A DNA stretch of 64,000 nucleotides from an uncultured Spirochaetia bacterium (GCA_964618635.1 CAZUDM010000012.1:2315-66314), one strand, 5' to 3'; numbered from the stretch's first letter, positions 9,293 to 21,775 are shown. Numbers and translations: made by a program. Notes: generated by a model not told the origin, from the sequence alone.

Positions 9293-9688
9293 CTACAGCG
9301 AGGAGCCCGGCGTCGAGCCGTCGGGGAAGGAGATGACCTCGATGCTCACCCTCGCCGTGCCCCTGCTCACTATTCCGAGCATGCTGGCGGCGGCGCGGGA
9401 AAGATCGACGATGCGGCTCTTGATGTATGGGCCGCGGTCGTTCACCCTCACGACAACCTCTTTACCGTTCCGGAGATTCTTCACCTTGATTACGGTGCCG
9501 AAGGGAAGGTCTCTGTGAGCGCCGGTGAATTCGTGCATGTCGTAGGACTCACCGCTCGCAGTCGGTCTCCCGTGGAAACTGTTTCCGTACCACGAGGCAT
9601 TTCCGTACTGGCGAAACTCCTGCGCTGAAACGTAAGACACAAACGGGAACAGAAAAAACAAAAACAGTAACGTGACGATCTTCATCAT
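9293..9688 (-). CDS. RlpA-like double-psi beta-barrel (DPBB) protein, short paralog without a SPOR domain
   Basis: 131 aa with a signal peptide. GNASWYG...TASGE...LPFGTVIKVKNLRNGKEVVVRVNDRGPY parallels the adjacent rlpA core. Confidence 0.65.
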   Translation of the reverse strand: MMKIVTLLFLFFLFPFVSYVSAQEFRQYGNASWYGNSFHGRPTASGESYDMHEFTGAHRDLPFGTVIKVKNLRNGKEVVVRVNDRGPYIKSRIVDLSRAAASMLGIVSRGTARVSIEVISFPDGSTPGSSL

Positions 9689-9796
9689 AAAACACCAAAC
9701 GATAACGCGTAGGTTAGTTTTAAACTATTTTCACCGACTTTTCTTGAGATTGTCAAGGATTCGAATAAAATACTCCAAATTAAAAAAGGACCGCCA

Positions 9797-10984
9797 ATGC
9801 ACAGAATACCGGAAGATTTTTCGCTCATAAGAAGGCTCCCTCCATACGTTTTCACCATAGTCAACGACCTTAAATCGAAAGCGAGAGCGAGAGGAGAGGA
9901 CATAATCGACCTCGGAATGGGCAACCCGGATCAGGCGACGCCCGAGCACATCGTTAAAAAGCTCCTCGAAGCGGCGGTGGACCCGAGGGCGCACAGGTAC
10001 TCGGCTTCGGCCGGGATACCCAAGCTGAGGCACGCGATCGCCGACTGGTACAAACGGAGCCACGGCGTCGAGCTCGACCCCGACAGCGAGGTTGTCGTCA
10101 CTATAGGCTCGAAGGAAGGCATATGCCACCTGATGCAGTCGATACTGTCGCCTGGCGATACAGTGATAGTGCCGAACCCCGCATACCCCATACACATATA
10201 TTCGGTGATAATATCGAGGGGCGACGTTCACAGCGTGCCGTTTAATATTGAATCGAGTCTTCTCGAAGGCATAGAGAAGGCCGTGAAAGAGACCTGGCCG
10301 AAGCCGAGGGTTCTCATGATCTCGTTCCCGAACAATCCGACGACAAAGGTCGTCGACCTCGATTTCTTCAAGGACGTATACGAGCTCGCTCGCGAGGCGG
10401 GGCTGATAGTCGTCCACGATTTCGCCTATGCCGAGCTATGCTACGACGGCTACAAGGCGCCGAGCTTCCTCGAAGTGCCCGGGGCGAAGGAGCTGGGAGT
10501 CGAGTTCTACTCACTCTCCAAGACCTACAACATGCCGGGGTGGCGTGTCGGGTTCATGGTCGGTAACGCGAGGATCGTATCCGCGCTCAAGCGCATAAAG
10601 AGCTACATGGACTACGGCATATTCACCCCCGTGCAGGTGGCTTCCATAGCCGCACTTAACGGAAAGCAGGACTGCGTCGACGACATAAGAGAATTTTACA
10701 AGTCGAGGCGCGACAAGCTCGTGGACGGCCTTTCGAAGGCCGGATGGCAGATTCCGAAACCCAAGGGGACGATGTTCGTATGGGGCGAGATTCCGGAGGA
10801 ATTCAGGGGCATGGGCTCTCTCGAATTTTCCAAGCTCCTCGTCGAGAAGGCAAAGGTCGCCGTGTCGCCGGGTATAGGATTCGGGAATTACGGCGAGGGG
10901 CACGTGAGGTTCGCGCTCGTCGAGAACGAGAAGAGGATAATGCAGGCCGTCAGGGGAATAAGAAGGTTTTTAAAGGGCTCATAA
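9797..10984 (+). CDS. PLP-dependent aminotransferase class I (AlaA/AspC-like)
   Basis: 395 aa. The class-I aminotransferase signatures DLGMGNPD, NPTT and SLSKTYNMPGWRVG are present. It resembles E. coli AlaA block-wise. Assignment as DapL could not be confirmed. Confidence 0.8.
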   Translation: MHRIPEDFSLIRRLPPYVFTIVNDLKSKARARGEDIIDLGMGNPDQATPEHIVKKLLEAAVDPRAHRYSASAGIPKLRHAIADWYKRSHGVELDPDSEVVVTIGSKEGICHLMQSILSPGDTVIVPNPAYPIHIYSVIISRGDVHSVPFNIESSLLEGIEKAVKETWPKPRVLMISFPNNPTTKVVDLDFFKDVYELAREAGLIVVHDFAYAELCYDGYKAPSFLEVPGAKELGVEFYSLSKTYNMPGWRVGFMVGNARIVSALKRIKSYMDYGIFTPVQVASIAALNGKQDCVDDIREFYKSRRDKLVDGLSKAGWQIPKPKGTMFVWGEIPEEFRGMGSLEFSKLLVEKAKVAVSPGIGFGNYGEGHVRFALVENEKRIMQAVRGIRRFLKGS

Positions 10985-11013
10985 GAGAACCGTTACGCGC
11001 GACCGGCGGCGAA

Positions 11014-14000
11014 TTAGTAATCGAAGTTGAAGAACACGTCCGCGCCTGTCTCGTCCCCGATCTCGCTTTCGAGCGTCAGAAAATCGAAGACCCTGTACTC
11101 GATAACGGCCCTGTTGGCGGTCGCCGTCGAGGAAAGAAGCCCCGGGCTCAGGAAGTATCTCTCGTAGAAGAACCGCTCGTAGGAAAATCTCTCGTAGCCG
11201 ATGTAGAAATTTTCGGTGAGGTACTTGCCGATTTCGAGGTGTGTGTCCTTAAAGCCCGTCTGGCTGCCTTTTATAGTCATGACGTCTATGGCGAGGTCGT
11301 CGCCTATAGCCTGCCGGAGCTCGCCGACAGCCATTGTTCCGAGCACCTCGCCCGCCTTTTCCTGGAACTGGACCCTTTCGTCCGTGCCCAGCTTTTCGGA
11401 CGACGTGCCGAAAACGAGGTATGAGACGATGTCGTTCTCGTCGAGGGGCGGGTCGCTCGTGAGCTGGATCTTGGGCTTTTCCGCCGTGCCGGAGACGTTG
11501 ATGTAGACCTCGACGCTCGATACTTCGTAGGTCGCCCTGAGGTCGAGAAACGGGTCTACGATCTTCTTCCCGCGGAAGCTTACAGTGCCGCTCTCTATAT
11601 TGAAGAGCCTCCCCATAAACTGGTAATCGCCCCTCACAACGTCTATGTTGCCCGTTATGACGTAGGGCTCTTTATAGTTCTTGTCGACGTCGAGGCGGCC
11701 CTGCACTTCTATGTTCGCGCCGCTTCCCTTTATCCACGACTGCCTCGGGATGTCGACGTCGAGCTCGAGTGCCACGAATTCTTCGACGAAGTCGTCCTTG
11801 GTAGCGCCCGTATATACGAACTCGTCCTTTTCTTCGTCTTCGTCGATAAAGCGTATATTCTCGATTTCCTTAATGGGCTTGTCGGGAACAATAGCCTTTA
11901 AGTTATTGACGGTGATGTCGCCTTTTATGAGAGAGGCCGGGAATGTGCCGCTCACGTCGATGCTGCCGTCGAGGTTTGCCGTGACGTCGTTGGGATAGGT
12001 TCGGACGAGCATTCCCTTCATCGTCCCCTTCCCGCTGTAGGAGAGGTCCCTGAAATCGATCTTGCCGCTGAAAGAGCCCTCGCCCTGGCCGCCTGTTTTA
12101 ATAGCGACGGGGCGGAGGGTGCCGTAGGGACCGCCCAGGTCCATCACGGCGTGCTCGATTTCGATGTCGTTTCTAAGCATGAGAAGGTCGAGGACCGTAT
12201 CCCTGAGCTCTATTCTTCCCGATATGTCCGGCTCGCCGCCCGAGCTGGTTGCGGTTACGTCGACGAGGAGCTTTCCCTTTAGCTCCTGTATCTCGGGGTT
12301 CAGGATCATGAGCGGGCTTATGTCGATTCCCTTCGACTTTACCCTGGCCGTATAGCTCGCCCTCTCCAGGGCTTTTTCCATGCCGGAGCCCAAGGGTATG
12401 CGTGCGTCGGCGACTGCCGAGAGAACCTCCTCGCCGCCGTCCCTCACCCTGAGGTCGAGCTCGAGGTCGTCCCCGAAATGGATGAGTGAAAGGGTGAGCT
12501 CGTCGCTTTTGAACTCCTTGTATTCGAGGTTTTTCGCCGAGGCCGCGATTCTTATAGTCGGCTTTCGAACCGTGCCCCCGACGTTTACGTCGCCGGTGAC
12601 GCTTCCCTTAACGGAAAACCTGGCTTTGAGGAGTGTCGAAACGTCTGAGAGGTCCAGTTTTTCGAGTTTTATCCCCGCATTTATCGCATCGCCGGGGCCG
12701 AGCGTCAGCTCGCCGAGGACGAAGTTCTCCTTGTGGTAGAGATTAAACGAGCTGACCGAGAAGCCGCTCTTTTTAAGCGAGGCATGGATCGGCCGTCTGT
12801 TTTCGAAGAGGGAGTCCTTAAAGGCAAGTTTTATTTTCGGTATCTCGATCGATTTTTCTTCGGTATCGAGCCCCGAAGCCCTGAACTCGGCCTCGTATTT
12901 TCTATCGGGCGCTTCTTTTACGTGAAGCGCGCCGTGTACTTCGCGGCCTACGCTCCCGGCGTCAAAATCTGCCGCCAGCAATTTACGGCCCTGAATTTCG
13001 ATGCCCCTGAGCCCGCCTTTCGCACTCATTTGAAGATCGGAGGGGTCGAGGTTGGTTTCGGCGGAGAGCTCTATTTTTTTGACTGCAAGCTTATGATTCC
13101 GGGACGAAAAATCCGCTCCTTTCACGCTCGCCGTGAGCCTTGGCTTTTCGAACGTGCCTCTGATATAGCCTTCGGCGCTCAGGCTGCCGGAGAGGTCGTC
13201 TCCGGGGAAAAGGCTCGACAGAGCGCCGAGGTCGCCAACTTTGAGGCCGTACCGGATACCCTTCTCCGCGCCGGTTCCGAGGCTCCCCGAAGCCTTTGCC
13301 GAAAGCCGCCCGGTCTCCAGCGAAAGGGTCCTGATGTCGAGTGTCGAGGGTGTGAATGAAAAGTCCACCACACCCCGGTCGAGCCTGAGGGCTTTTATCA
13401 CGGACGGGGATATATCGCCCTTTACGGACACCTGAAGGCCGTCGGGAGGCTTCCTTTTAGGTATCATGGAGCCCTTTACGTGGAGCTTCGAATTAAAATC
13501 CGTTTCGTTTGGGAAGTCGGTCAGTATGTTGGCGAAGTTGGCTTTGGCGGACGAAGTATCGAGGTCGAATTCTATTTTGTCGGGCCGGATGGTTATGGGG
13601 CCCGAAAGTGTTATTTCGCCGGTCTCGGCGCCGCTCATCCTGAAGCTTTCGAGGGCGACGTCGATTGCCGGGGGCTCCTTCCCTTTCCAGCGGGTCTTTA
13701 CATTAAGGCGGGAGTCTACCGAGGCGTTCACATCCTTTTTGAGCTCCCTGGGACTGCCCTCGGGCTGTGTTTTGTCGAAGATTTCCAGCAGGCGCGACGC
13801 CGACGCGGAATCGACCGAGAGATCGATGTCGGCGCTGTTTTCCTTTCCGGGAGATTTTATTTCGGAAAGCTCGAGCGTGCCTTCGAAGTCGGCCTTGCCG
13901 AAGCTTGAGGAGAGCTTTCCATCTGCGAGCCTGACAGTAGTATTCTCGACCATAACTTTCCGAACGGAGCCGTCGACGTTTTCTCCCAGTATCACCGAAT

Positions 14001-14910
14001 CCAGGAGGTCGAGCTTTCCCGAGGCATCGAACTTCTTCCATTTTTCGGACGACCCTCTCGCGCTTACCTTGACGCCGAGCCTCCCGAGCTCGCCCGCGTC
14101 TATGTTTTTAATGGTGCCGCTCAGCGTGAACGTCGGGTTCATGAGATTTTTCATGATGCCCGAGGCGTTTATGCGGGCGCCCCGGAAGCTGAAAAAGGCG
14201 CGCTTCACGTCGAGGACGTCTATTTTCTCCTTGTTGGAATAGACGGCCTTCCCGCTTATCTTATCGAAGTAGAATTTTTCGGGGTTGTTCGTATTCGGCA
14301 CCGCCGTGAAGACGGCGTCTTTTACTACGAATTCGGCGTTGTCCGTTATCCTGACGAGGTTTACGGCGACCTCGGCGCTCGGGAGCTCGAAAACGGAGTG
14401 CTGATTCTTCGGGATGTCGTGAATCGTCATCCTGGCGTTTTCGACGTACCCGCTCTTGATGAAGATGTTCCAGTCGGGGTTGGGCTTCTTCTCCTTGATT
14501 ATGAAACGCTCTCCCAGCTTCGTGAAGTTCCATGAATCGCCGCCGTAGTGGACGAGGTGTATAGTGAACCCGGAAACCCTGACCTCGTGGAGCGGGACAA
14601 CTTTACTGAAGAGCATCGAGCCGTCGAGGATGAGGGGGAGGGAATAGTCGATGTAAACCTCGTCGCAGGAGATGAACCTCTCCCCGTCGATGTCGAACGT
14701 CACGTCCTTGAGCGATATACCCTTTAGAAAATTGCCTTCTATTCTGCCGATCTTGAAATTCTGGGCCGTGAGCGAGGTAACTATCGAGTTGGTCGTGAGC
14801 TTGACGAACTGGCGGAAGTAGTGTGTCTGGATGAGGATTACTGCGATGCCGGCGAGAATTGCGAGTATGACGAGAAATAATCCTATGGGTATGAGGACTT
14901 TCGAGCGCAT
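11014..14910 (-). CDS. AsmA-like/TamB-family giant inner-membrane-anchored protein (translocation and assembly module subunit B-like)
   Basis: 1298 aa. A single N-terminal TM helix is followed by a long beta-rich body. The C-terminus ends in an amphipathic aromatic strand (...DVFFNFDY). No adjacent tamA. Confidence 0.55.
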   Translation of the reverse strand: MRSKVLIPIGLFLVILAILAGIAVILIQTHYFRQFVKLTTNSIVTSLTAQNFKIGRIEGNFLKGISLKDVTFDIDGERFISCDEVYIDYSLPLILDGSMLFSKVVPLHEVRVSGFTIHLVHYGGDSWNFTKLGERFIIKEKKPNPDWNIFIKSGYVENARMTIHDIPKNQHSVFELPSAEVAVNLVRITDNAEFVVKDAVFTAVPNTNNPEKFYFDKISGKAVYSNKEKIDVLDVKRAFFSFRGARINASGIMKNLMNPTFTLSGTIKNIDAGELGRLGVKVSARGSSEKWKKFDASGKLDLLDSVILGENVDGSVRKVMVENTTVRLADGKLSSSFGKADFEGTLELSEIKSPGKENSADIDLSVDSASASRLLEIFDKTQPEGSPRELKKDVNASVDSRLNVKTRWKGKEPPAIDVALESFRMSGAETGEITLSGPITIRPDKIEFDLDTSSAKANFANILTDFPNETDFNSKLHVKGSMIPKRKPPDGLQVSVKGDISPSVIKALRLDRGVVDFSFTPSTLDIRTLSLETGRLSAKASGSLGTGAEKGIRYGLKVGDLGALSSLFPGDDLSGSLSAEGYIRGTFEKPRLTASVKGADFSSRNHKLAVKKIELSAETNLDPSDLQMSAKGGLRGIEIQGRKLLAADFDAGSVGREVHGALHVKEAPDRKYEAEFRASGLDTEEKSIEIPKIKLAFKDSLFENRRPIHASLKKSGFSVSSFNLYHKENFVLGELTLGPGDAINAGIKLEKLDLSDVSTLLKARFSVKGSVTGDVNVGGTVRKPTIRIAASAKNLEYKEFKSDELTLSLIHFGDDLELDLRVRDGGEEVLSAVADARIPLGSGMEKALERASYTARVKSKGIDISPLMILNPEIQELKGKLLVDVTATSSGGEPDISGRIELRDTVLDLLMLRNDIEIEHAVMDLGGPYGTLRPVAIKTGGQGEGSFSGKIDFRDLSYSGKGTMKGMLVRTYPNDVTANLDGSIDVSGTFPASLIKGDITVNNLKAIVPDKPIKEIENIRFIDEDEEKDEFVYTGATKDDFVEEFVALELDVDIPRQSWIKGSGANIEVQGRLDVDKNYKEPYVITGNIDVVRGDYQFMGRLFNIESGTVSFRGKKIVDPFLDLRATYEVSSVEVYINVSGTAEKPKIQLTSDPPLDENDIVSYLVFGTSSEKLGTDERVQFQEKAGEVLGTMAVGELRQAIGDDLAIDVMTIKGSQTGFKDTHLEIGKYLTENFYIGYERFSYERFFYERYFLSPGLLSSTATANRAVIEYRVFDFLTLESEIGDETGADVFFNFDY

Positions 14911-14922
14911 GGCGAGTACCTT

Positions 14923-15300
14923 GAATTATAACACAACGACCGGCCGGAAGGAGGCGTAGAAAGCCGGTTTTAGAGCTTTCCGCCCTGGAGTCGGCAGGAC
15001 CGGGAAACCGGTAAATAAAGAGCCCGGGACGCTGCGGCGCGTCTTCCCGCGCGGCCGGTCTCGGGGAATTATAACACAACGACCGGCCGGAAGGAGGCGT
15101 AGAAAGCCGGTTTTAGAGCTTTCCGCCCTGGAGTCGGCAGGACCGGGAAACCGGTAAATAAAGAGCCCGGGACGCTGCGGCGCGTCTTCCCGCGCGGCCG
15201 GTCTCGGGGAATTATAACACAACGATCGGACGGAAGGAGGCGTAGAAAGCCGGTTTTAGAGCTTTCGGCGCCGGAGTAGCCCGGCCCGGGAATCCGGCAG
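14923..15300. repeat. 143-bp direct tandem repeat: 2 identical copies (14923-15065, 15066-15208) plus a diverging partial third copy
   Basis: Read directly from the sequence. The unit is gaattataacacaacgaccggccgg...ggccggtctcgggg. Each unit has terminal inverted repeats gaccggccg/cggccggtc and internal hairpins. On the minus strand each unit carries TGTTATAAT. The spurious ORFs 14603..15079 and 14926..15222 share the same MCYNSPRP N-terminus because of this repeat. Confidence 0.9.
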
Positions 15301-15424
15301 GAACTCAGTGCCCCGAGGGCGCAGCGGCACGCTCCTTCACGCGGTCGATCGCAGCCCGCAGCAACTTGCTAAGGTGCGCCCGGTCAGGATAATATTTTAG
15401 AACTCTGGAGTAACCCATTTTCCA

Positions 15425-17023
15425 ATGCCGAAACTCACTATCGACGGGATAGAAATCGAGGTCGAAGACGGGCTTAACCTGATACAGGCCGCCGCACGCG
15501 TGGGCGTGGACGTGCCGCATTTCTGCTATCATCCCGCCCTCAGCATAGTCGCCCAGTGCAGGCAGTGCCTCGTCGAGGTCGAGGGCGTGCCGAAGGTCAT
15601 GCCGGCGTGCAATACCTTCGTGAGAGACGGATTAATCGTAAAAACCAATACGGAAAAGGCCGTAAAGGCGAGAAAAGCCACTGTCGAGTTCACACTCATA
15701 AACCATCCGCTCGACTGTCCGATATGCGACAAGGGCGGCGAGTGTCCGCTTCAGCTGACGACCGTGAAGCACGGGCCGGGGTACAGCAGGTTCGACGGGC
15801 CCGAGGAAAAGAAAGTCCGGAGGAAATACTATCTCAGTGACAGGATACTCTACGACCCGAACAGGTGCATCATGTGCACGAGGTGCGTCCGGTTCACGGA
15901 AGAGGTGACGGAGACGGGCGAGCTCGGGTTCGAAGGCCGTGGATTCAGGAAAAAGATAGTCGTATTCCCGGGCAAAAACCTCGACAATGAGCTTTCGGGA
16001 AACGTTACGGACCTCTGCCCCGTCGGCGCTCTTCTGAACAAAGACAACCTCCACGAAGAGAGGGTATGGTACTGGAAATTCACCGACAGCGTGTGCTCGT
16101 TATGCAGTAACGGGTGCAACATAACGGTCGGTGTCGATCCCAGGAAGGGAAGGGTTTCGAGGGTGAGGCCCAGAATCAATTTGGACGTCAACGACTACTG
16201 GATATGCGACAGGGGAAGGTACGAGTTCAAGGACGTTCAGGAAGGCTCGACGCGCCTTAAGGACCCGATACTCAGGAAAGGCGAAGGCTTCGTGAAGTCC
16301 GACTGGGTTGAAGCTTCGGCGGCGGCCGCAGACGGGCTCGCCTCCGCAAGCGGAAAATCTTCGGGCTCCGTTGCCATATTGGGCTCGCCGATGCTGACGA
16401 ACGAGGAGCTCTACCTCCTTAAAAAGCTCGGGGAGAGATTGGGAAATGTGAGGGTCGTTTCTAACTCCCTCGAGCCGGAAGGTGAAAAGCTCTTCGGGCT
16501 TATAAGCAGCGATCCTAACCCGAATTCGAGAGGCGTCAGGGACATGGGGCTCGAATACGGACCCGAAAAGGTCAAAGAACTAATAGAATCGATAATAAAC
16601 GGCGGGATTAAGACCCTTTACGTCGCGGGTGAAGACCTTTTAGGCTTCGTATCCGAGGACGAGGAGCCGAGGCTCCGTGAAGCGCTTTCGGGGCTCGACC
16701 TTCTGATAGTCGAAGACTACAGGGTTACGGAAACGGCCAAGCTGGCCCACGTAATACTGCCCGGGGCGACCCCCTACGAGAAAGACGGGACGTTCACGAA
16801 CGACACCGGACGCGTCCAGAGGATAAGGGAGGCGATAGCCCCTCCCGGCGTGGCAAAGCCCGACTGGGAGATAATCTCTTTCATAGGAAGCCTCGTTAAT
16901 CCTGAAGGCTTTAACTACGGCCATCCTTCGCTCGTCATGGAAGAAATTTCCGCCGCCGTTCCGGCTTATGCGAAGCTCAACTACGAGAACATAGGCGTCC
17001 TCGGCGGGAACGCCGCTTCATAG
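15425..17023 (+). CDS. nuoG: NADH-quinone oxidoreductase subunit G (short form, 532 aa)
   Basis: N-terminal 2Fe-2S and 4Fe-4S cysteine motifs (CYHPALSIVAQCRQCLVEV; HPLDCPICDKGGECPLQ). A molybdopterin-oxidoreductase-like region follows. Confidence 0.8.
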   Translation: MPKLTIDGIEIEVEDGLNLIQAAARVGVDVPHFCYHPALSIVAQCRQCLVEVEGVPKVMPACNTFVRDGLIVKTNTEKAVKARKATVEFTLINHPLDCPICDKGGECPLQLTTVKHGPGYSRFDGPEEKKVRRKYYLSDRILYDPNRCIMCTRCVRFTEEVTETGELGFEGRGFRKKIVVFPGKNLDNELSGNVTDLCPVGALLNKDNLHEERVWYWKFTDSVCSLCSNGCNITVGVDPRKGRVSRVRPRINLDVNDYWICDRGRYEFKDVQEGSTRLKDPILRKGEGFVKSDWVEASAAAADGLASASGKSSGSVAILGSPMLTNEELYLLKKLGERLGNVRVVSNSLEPEGEKLFGLISSDPNPNSRGVRDMGLEYGPEKVKELIESIINGGIKTLYVAGEDLLGFVSEDEEPRLREALSGLDLLIVEDYRVTETAKLAHVILPGATPYEKDGTFTNDTGRVQRIREAIAPPGVAKPDWEIISFIGSLVNPEGFNYGHPSLVMEEISAAVPAYAKLNYENIGVLGGNAAS

Positions 17024-17039
17024 TATCGAGAGATAGATA

Positions 17040-18101
17040 ATGATCTGGGTCGAATTCGGAATCGCATTCGTAAAAATCGCGCTCGTGCTCTTCGTCGTCC
17101 TGACGCTGGTGGCGTATCTGACGCTCGCGGAAAGGAGGGTGAGCGCGTTCATACAGGACAGGCTCGGCCCGAACCGAGTAGGCCCGTTCGGCTTCCTTCA
17201 GCCGCTCGCGGACGGTGTGAAGTTCATATTCAAGGAAGACATAATACCGACCCACGCGGACAAGCCTTTTTACATAATCGCGCCCGCGTTCGCCCTCGTT
17301 ACAGCCATCATCGCCCTCGCCGTGATTCCCATAGGCAAGGGATTCAGCACGGATTTCTTCGGCTTGCTACCGGAACAGATATTCATATCGTTCCAGATAG
17401 CGGACCTTAACGTCGGGGTGCTTTACGTGCTCGCGATAGGCTCTCTGAGCGTTTACGGCGTCGTGCTCGGCGGATGGGCGTCCAACAGCAAGTATTCGTT
17501 TCTCGGAGGCCTCAGGGCGGCCGCTCAGATGATAAGCTACGAGCTCGCCATGGCGGTGTCCATACTTGGCGTAATCGCGTGGACAGGGTCTTTAAGGCTG
17601 ACCGACATTATCGAAGCTCAGGCCGGCTGCTGGTTCGCCATTCCGCAGATTATCGGATGCATAGTTTTTGTGACCGCAGCATTCGCGGAGACGAACAGGC
17701 TGCCGTTCGACATGCCCGAGGCCGAGCCGGAGATCGTGGCCGGCTATCATACGGAATACAGCAGCATGAAGTTCGCTATGTTCTTCATGGCCGAGTACAC
17801 GCACATGATTGTCGTATCGTGCCTCGCCGTCGCGCTCTTCTTCGGGGGATGGTACCCGCTCCCGTTCGGCGGCTGGTTCGGTATAGACATAGACAAGTAC
17901 TGGTTCCTGCCGCCCCTCGTATTCGTCGGGAAGGTTCTCGCGTTCCTCTTCTTCTTCATATGGGTGAGGTTCACGCTGCCGAGATTCAGGTACGACCAGG
18001 TGATGAGCCTCGGCTGGAAGGTGCTGTTCCCGCTGGCCGTCGCGAACCTCCTCATCGTAAGCGCCGCCATACTGGTGCTCCAGCACTACGGATATATGTA
18101 A
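17040..18101 (+). CDS. nuoH: NADH-quinone oxidoreductase subunit H
   Basis: The conserved NuoH/ND1 N-terminus is present (LTLAERRVSAFIQDRLGPNRVGPFGFLQPLADGVKF). 353 aa. Multi-TM. Confidence 0.9.
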   Translation: MIWVEFGIAFVKIALVLFVVLTLVAYLTLAERRVSAFIQDRLGPNRVGPFGFLQPLADGVKFIFKEDIIPTHADKPFYIIAPAFALVTAIIALAVIPIGKGFSTDFFGLLPEQIFISFQIADLNVGVLYVLAIGSLSVYGVVLGGWASNSKYSFLGGLRAAAQMISYELAMAVSILGVIAWTGSLRLTDIIEAQAGCWFAIPQIIGCIVFVTAAFAETNRLPFDMPEAEPEIVAGYHTEYSSMKFAMFFMAEYTHMIVVSCLAVALFFGGWYPLPFGGWFGIDIDKYWFLPPLVFVGKVLAFLFFFIWVRFTLPRFRYDQVMSLGWKVLFPLAVANLLIVSAAILVLQHYGYM

Positions 18102-18190
18102 TCCCCTTCTTCCGGCTAGAGATAACTTTCCGGACAATCCAGAAATTCGACCTTAAAACTGAAATCGCGGGAGATTGCTGCGCGCGGGGA

Positions 18191-18562
18191 TTATCTGGAC
18201 TCGACGAGGCTTATTTTGTCGTCGAGGTTCGGGACCATACAGAGGAATTCGAAGCTCTCGCCGCCCGTGACTTCGTACCAGTGCGGCACTCCGGCGGGGA
18301 TGAAGAGGACGTCGCCCGTGCCGACTTCGAAGATTTCGTCGCCGATGCCTATCTTCGCCCTGCCCCTGAGGACGAACTGCTCGTGCTCTATCGTGTTCGT
18401 GTGAGCGGGGATGCCGCCGCCGGGCTCCATTATGAAGCGCCTCATGGCGAAATTCGGGCCTTCCTCGGGGCCGATGAGCACCTGCCGGGAAACAGACGTC
18501 CCGGCGCTCACCTTTTCGACGGGTACGTCGTTCATCTTCTTTACAGACGGCTTAGCTGTCAT
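18191..18562 (-). CDS. Cupin-domain protein
   Basis: 123 aa. Cupin_2 motifs G(x)5HxH...and PxGxxH (GGIPAHTNTIEHEQF...FIPAGVPHWYE). It begins 3 nt after the gyrB stop. Confidence 0.7.
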   Translation of the reverse strand: MTAKPSVKKMNDVPVEKVSAGTSVSRQVLIGPEEGPNFAMRRFIMEPGGGIPAHTNTIEHEQFVLRGRAKIGIGDEIFEVGTGDVLFIPAGVPHWYEVTGGESFEFLCMVPNLDDKISLVESR

Positions 18563-18564
18563 GA

Positions 18565-21036
<2,472 letters not shown>

Positions 21037-21220
21037 TCACTACCTCCGAGTAATCAACGAGGGGGGAAATTAAATCTAAAATAGTATACCATGCGGAGAC
21101 AAAAAGGCAAATAAAATCAGGGGGTTTAATCGCATTCCTACCGGAAAGACGGGCTCTCGGAACCAGCCGTCAACAAAGGCAATTTTGAGGGCCCCTGAAA
21201 GAGGCCGCAGCCGGGCGCGC

Positions 21221-21775
21221 TCAGACCTTGGGAGGGGTTATCCCGACCTGCTTCTGGTACTTGCCCTTTTTGTCGGCGTAGGAGACCTCGCACATCTCGT
21301 CCGCCTCGAAGAAAAGGACCTGCGCGATGCCCTCGTTCGCGTAAATTTTCGCGGGGAGAGGGGTCGTGTTGGATATCTCGAGCGTTACGAAGCCCTCCCA
21401 TTCGGGCTCGAAGGGCGTGACGTTCACTATTATGCCGCAGCGGGCGTACGTGGACTTACCGACGCAGAGGGTTATCGTGCTCCGGGGTATGCGGAAATAC
21501 TCGACCGTTCTGGCCAGCGCGAAGGAATTGGGCGGGATCATGCAGTAATCGGCCTTTATCTCGACGAAGGACTTGTCGTCGAAATTCTTGGGGTCGACGA
21601 CGGAGTTGAAGACGTTCGTAAAGACCTTGAACTCGTCGCTCACGCGTATGTCGTACCCGTAGGCCGAGAGGCCGTAGGATATCGCCCCGTCCCTCACCTG
21701 CCCGTCGACGAAAGGCTCTATCATTCCGTGCTCCGTGGCCATTTTCCTTATCCATCCGTCGGATTTTACGCCCAT
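21221..21775 (-). CDS. dcd: dCTP deaminase
   Basis: 184 aa. Dcd/dUTPase-fold motifs are present ([27 protein letters not shown]). Confidence 0.85.
   Translation of the reverse strand: MGVKSDGWIRKMATEHGMIEPFVDGQVRDGAISYGLSAYGYDIRVSDEFKVFTNVFNSVVDPKNFDDKSFVEIKADYCMIPPNSFALARTVEYFRIPRSTITLCVGKSTYARCGIIVNVTPFEPEWEGFVTLEISNTTPLPAKIYANEGIAQVLFFEADEMCEVSYADKKGKYQKQVGITPPKV

Noticed and set aside
14603-15222. ORFs 14603..15079 and 14926..15222 (158 and 98 aa), both beginning MCYNSPRPAAREDAPQRPGLF
   Set aside because: They lie entirely within the 143-bp tandem repeat. The identical N-termini are a consequence of the repeated DNA and there is no coding signal. They are treated as repeat artefacts.
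14923-15300. Possible CRISPR array
   Set aside because: The units are 143 bp, directly abutting, with no unique spacers and no cas genes. They are not CRISPR.
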